Source of the DNA: a virus
Lineage: Duplodnaviria > Caudoviricetes
IMG/VR virus record: IMGVR_UViG_3300033068_001172
Span: 4,935-68,934 of that record
Length of the DNA: 64,000 bases
Direction: 5' to 3' (one strand)
In this document: positions 61,628 through 64,000 of the stretch, piece after piece
Layout: each line of letters begins with the position of its first letter
Numbering within the stretch: the first letter of the stretch is position 1
Program-made: the position numbers and the translations under genes
The notes under the pieces: generated by a model
Databases searched by the model: none
What the model was told of the DNA's origin: nothing
Seen by the model: only the letters and a program-made list of their open reading frames with translations

Positions 61628-62481
61628 TGTCCTCGTTCAAACCATCGAACCCGCCGAAGTCTCAAGCCACTCCGTCCAAACGGGATGAGGGGCATTACTT
61701 TGGCATGGTGCCCACGCCGAACCCTCGCGAGATGGCGTTCATCGTGAAGGAGACGGCGGCCACGTTCAACCCGGAGCAGGTGCCTGAGGTCGGCACCGCC
61801 TACAAGGACAGCGCCTTCTTGAAGGTGAGGCCGCGCATTCAGTTGCAGGGATTCGAGGACTATCAACTTTTGAACGTCGGACGCGATGGCGACTACCTGT
61901 GGTTCAAGTATGGCAAGAACAAGGTGCAGAGCGATCAAGGTACCAAGTTCCGCACCTACTTCACTAACCGCCGCTTCACGTGGCCGGCGGTGCTGGAGGA
62001 TTTGTATGTGGTGCAGACCAGCCAGTTCGTGCAGGCTGTGTTCGACGGCAGCACCACTCAGACCGAGCCTAGCTATTTCCCACGCTACACTTTTCGCCCC
62101 GCTGCCTCGGTCAGCTCGGTGGTCATGATCGAGCAGTTCCTGTCCCCCGTCGAATGGTCCAAGGCTGATGTGACGCACCGCCAGCCTATCCCCACCAGCG
62201 TCCATGCGAGCTGGGTGGGTCTGGAGTTTGACTTCCAAGAGTGCTTGCACCCCGACATCGTCATTCCTGAAAAAGTGCCCGGCGCAAAGGTGGTGCCCGG
62301 CGTTGGCGTGCTGGCGTCTCCCACGGCGCGCAACCTCCAGCGGAAGTTCATCCCGCAGACCAACTTCACTGATTGGGCTCCGTTCATTTACGACGATGCC
62401 GTTGAGCCCACTGACGGGTTCTGGCTGCGCGAACGCGTCACCTACTTTCCACCGATTCGTCCACCCGACGTTTACACATGA
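61627..62481 (+). CDS. Hypothetical structural protein
   Basis: 284 aa, beta-rich, late operon. Confidence 0.65.
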   Translation: MSSFKPSNPPKSQATPSKRDEGHYFGMVPTPNPREMAFIVKETAATFNPEQVPEVGTAYKDSAFLKVRPRIQLQGFEDYQLLNVGRDGDYLWFKYGKNKVQSDQGTKFRTYFTNRRFTWPAVLEDLYVVQTSQFVQAVFDGSTTQTEPSYFPRYTFRPAASVSSVVMIEQFLSPVEWSKADVTHRQPIPTSVHASWVGLEFDFQECLHPDIVIPEKVPGAKVVPGVGVLASPTARNLQRKFIPQTNFTDWAPFIYDDAVEPTDGFWLRERVTYFPPIRPPDVYT

Positions 62482-63122
62482 TCACGACCACGGCAGGAAC
62501 CTTCCAACCAGACAGCCCTTTCCAGCGGAGAAGTGTTCCGCAAGGATATGGCGGCGTGGGTGTGGACTTCTCCCGTTCGGGTGATGGGTTCCACGTGGTG
62601 CCGCGTCCGAAGGTGAGTTCATCTCAGTCGGGAGCGGGTGCTCGCGGAGCGTCGGGGCCTACCGGCCCCGCTTCTACTGTTCCAGGCCCCACAGGCCCTA
62701 CCGGGTTGCAAGGAATTCAAGGCATTCAAGGTCCCACAGGTGCGGCCTCCACTGTTCCAGGCCCCACCGGCCCGATGGGGCAGCAGGGACCTGGGGGCGT
62801 ACAGGGACCCACTGGCCCAAAGGGGAGTTTCGTGAAGACCGAGTCGGGCATCTACGAATTGGCTTGTGCAGAAGGTACGCGTCCATATTTTTTCCATGTG
62901 CGGGCCATCCCCGAACCCATCCCGGCCGCCTTCCTCCAAACCATCACGGGCGAGTTGCTGCGATTCCCCTCCCACGATGGCAGGCACGAGCTTTGTCTTG
63001 CTGTCCGCAAAGAATTTCCAGACTGGTTCATGCCGCAGTCCAACGAAAAACAGCGGCTGCACTCAGTGCAATGGTGGGGTAATGAATACCTGCCTCCCGA
63101 TCAGCGAGGACCTTCCGCATGA
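62478..63122 (+). CDS. Collagen-like (Gly-X-Y) protein
   Basis: GPTGP/GIQ triplets with two ASTVP interruptions. Confidence 0.8.
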   Translation: MITTTAGTFQPDSPFQRRSVPQGYGGVGVDFSRSGDGFHVVPRPKVSSSQSGAGARGASGPTGPASTVPGPTGPTGLQGIQGIQGPTGAASTVPGPTGPMGQQGPGGVQGPTGPKGSFVKTESGIYELACAEGTRPYFFHVRAIPEPIPAAFLQTITGELLRFPSHDGRHELCLAVRKEFPDWFMPQSNEKQRLHSVQWWGNEYLPPDQRGPSA

Positions 63123-63751
63123 GCACTTCTACTGGCGACAACGAGAAACCCTACTGCGTGGCTTTGGTTGCCATGGGACCGAGCCATGCCGAGTACGTGA
63201 ACGAGTGCCTCCATAAATCGTCCCGCTTTGCCGTGGCTGACGAGACGTGGGCGATCAACGCCATGGGAGGAGTCATCAACCACGACCGTCTCATATGCAT
63301 GGACGCGCTGCCCTACTTCGCCAAGGCTGCCCGCTCCAAAAACCCCGCGCTCGCGGGATATGGCGACTGGCTGCACCGGCATGCCGGACCCATTTACACC
63401 CAGCGTGCCTATGAAGGTTTCCCCGGATCGGTTGAGTACCCCCTGAAGGAGGTGCTGCAAGCCTGCGGCTATGCCTATTTCAACAACACGGTGGCCTACG
63501 CCGTGGGTCTAGCCATCCTCATGCAGGTGGAGCATCTGAAGCTCTACGGTTGTGACTTCACCGCAGGTCAACATGCCGATGGGCAGAGCGGCAGAGCATG
63601 TGTAGAGTACTGGCTGGCCATCGCCTGCACCCGTGGGATGAAAGTCACCATCGCTGCCACCTCCACCCTTTGCGATCAGAAAAGCGGGCAAGTGCTCTAT
63701 GGTTATTCCACTCCTCCCGATTTGACTCCCGCCCAGAAACCCATACCCTGA
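63119..63751 (+). CDS. Glycosyltransferase-like protein (sialyltransferase/Maf-type GT-A variant)
   Basis: VALVAMGPS...TWAINA...NTVAYAVGLAILMQVEHLKLYGCDF. Confidence 0.55.
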   Translation: MSTSTGDNEKPYCVALVAMGPSHAEYVNECLHKSSRFAVADETWAINAMGGVINHDRLICMDALPYFAKAARSKNPALAGYGDWLHRHAGPIYTQRAYEGFPGSVEYPLKEVLQACGYAYFNNTVAYAVGLAILMQVEHLKLYGCDFTAGQHADGQSGRACVEYWLAIACTRGMKVTIAATSTLCDQKSGQVLYGYSTPPDLTPAQKPIP

Positions 63752-63758
63752 GCCCATT

Positions 63759-64000
63759 ATGTCCGCCCCACACACAGAAGAGATCCGCCGCAAGCGGATG
63801 GAAGCCGAACAGCAAGGTGGTCATCTGCTCGGATACGCCCCCAACGGCGGAGCGCCGATGCACCGGTCCACAGGGTATTACAAAGCTCCGTACAGCGACA
63901 TCGACTACAACAAACTCTTGAACGCTGGAATGCGCGAAGAGGAGGCATTGGCGGAAGCTCAACGTCTGCATCGCGAGGGGAAACGAATTGACCCTGACGG
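63759..64000 (+). CDS. 3'-truncated ORF, unknown product
   Basis: MSAPHTEEIRRKRMEAEQQGGHLLGYAP... remains open to the window end. Confidence 0.6.
   Translation, partial: MSAPHTEEIRRKRMEAEQQGGHLLGYAPNGGAPMHRSTGYYKAPYSDIDYNKLLNAGMREEEALAEAQRLHREGKRIDPD

Noticed and set aside
1-64000. Integrase/repressor lysogeny module, RNA polymerase, tape measure, reverse transcriptase/DGR
   Set aside because: No ORF with the relevant catalytic motifs was recognised. The genome extends beyond the window, so absence is not proven.

Overview
The window is most of a tailed dsDNA phage genome. It looks podovirus-like: there is a giant ejection-type protein, and no tape measure, tail tube or sheath was recognised. 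No integrase was seen. Layout: (i) 1-7218 (+) is the 5'-truncated giant polyvalent virion protein (HExxH peptidase, ADP-ribosyltransferase-like module) plus a Cys-rich ORF. (ii) 7228-8230 (-) is an RNA-rich island with an atypical tRNA and structured non-coding segments. (iii) 8248-41956 (-) runs from small early genes through primase-helicase, Cas4-like nuclease, SSB, family A polymerase with a 123-aa mini-intein, exonuclease, VRR-NUC, DNA methyltransferase, HNH, SNF2 helicase, dNTP hydrolase and terminase large subunit to a glycosyltransferase/methyltransferase cluster. (iv) An AT-rich divergence point lies near 42 kb. (v) 42285-64000 (+) holds a putative terminase small subunit, a two-frame C5 methyltransferase, portal, scaffold, major capsid, fibres, an unusual lysis cassette, a collagen-like protein and another glycosyltransferase-like gene. 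The strongest unexplained signal is an acidic + Phe-Trp-Gly peptide. It ends 6 unrelated proteins exactly, ends 2 more as FWR/FWE, and occurs 3 more times in non-terminal disordered segments, with varied synonymous codons, which suggests an undescribed docking or sorting tag system. All functional calls come from motif recognition by eye; no database searches were run.
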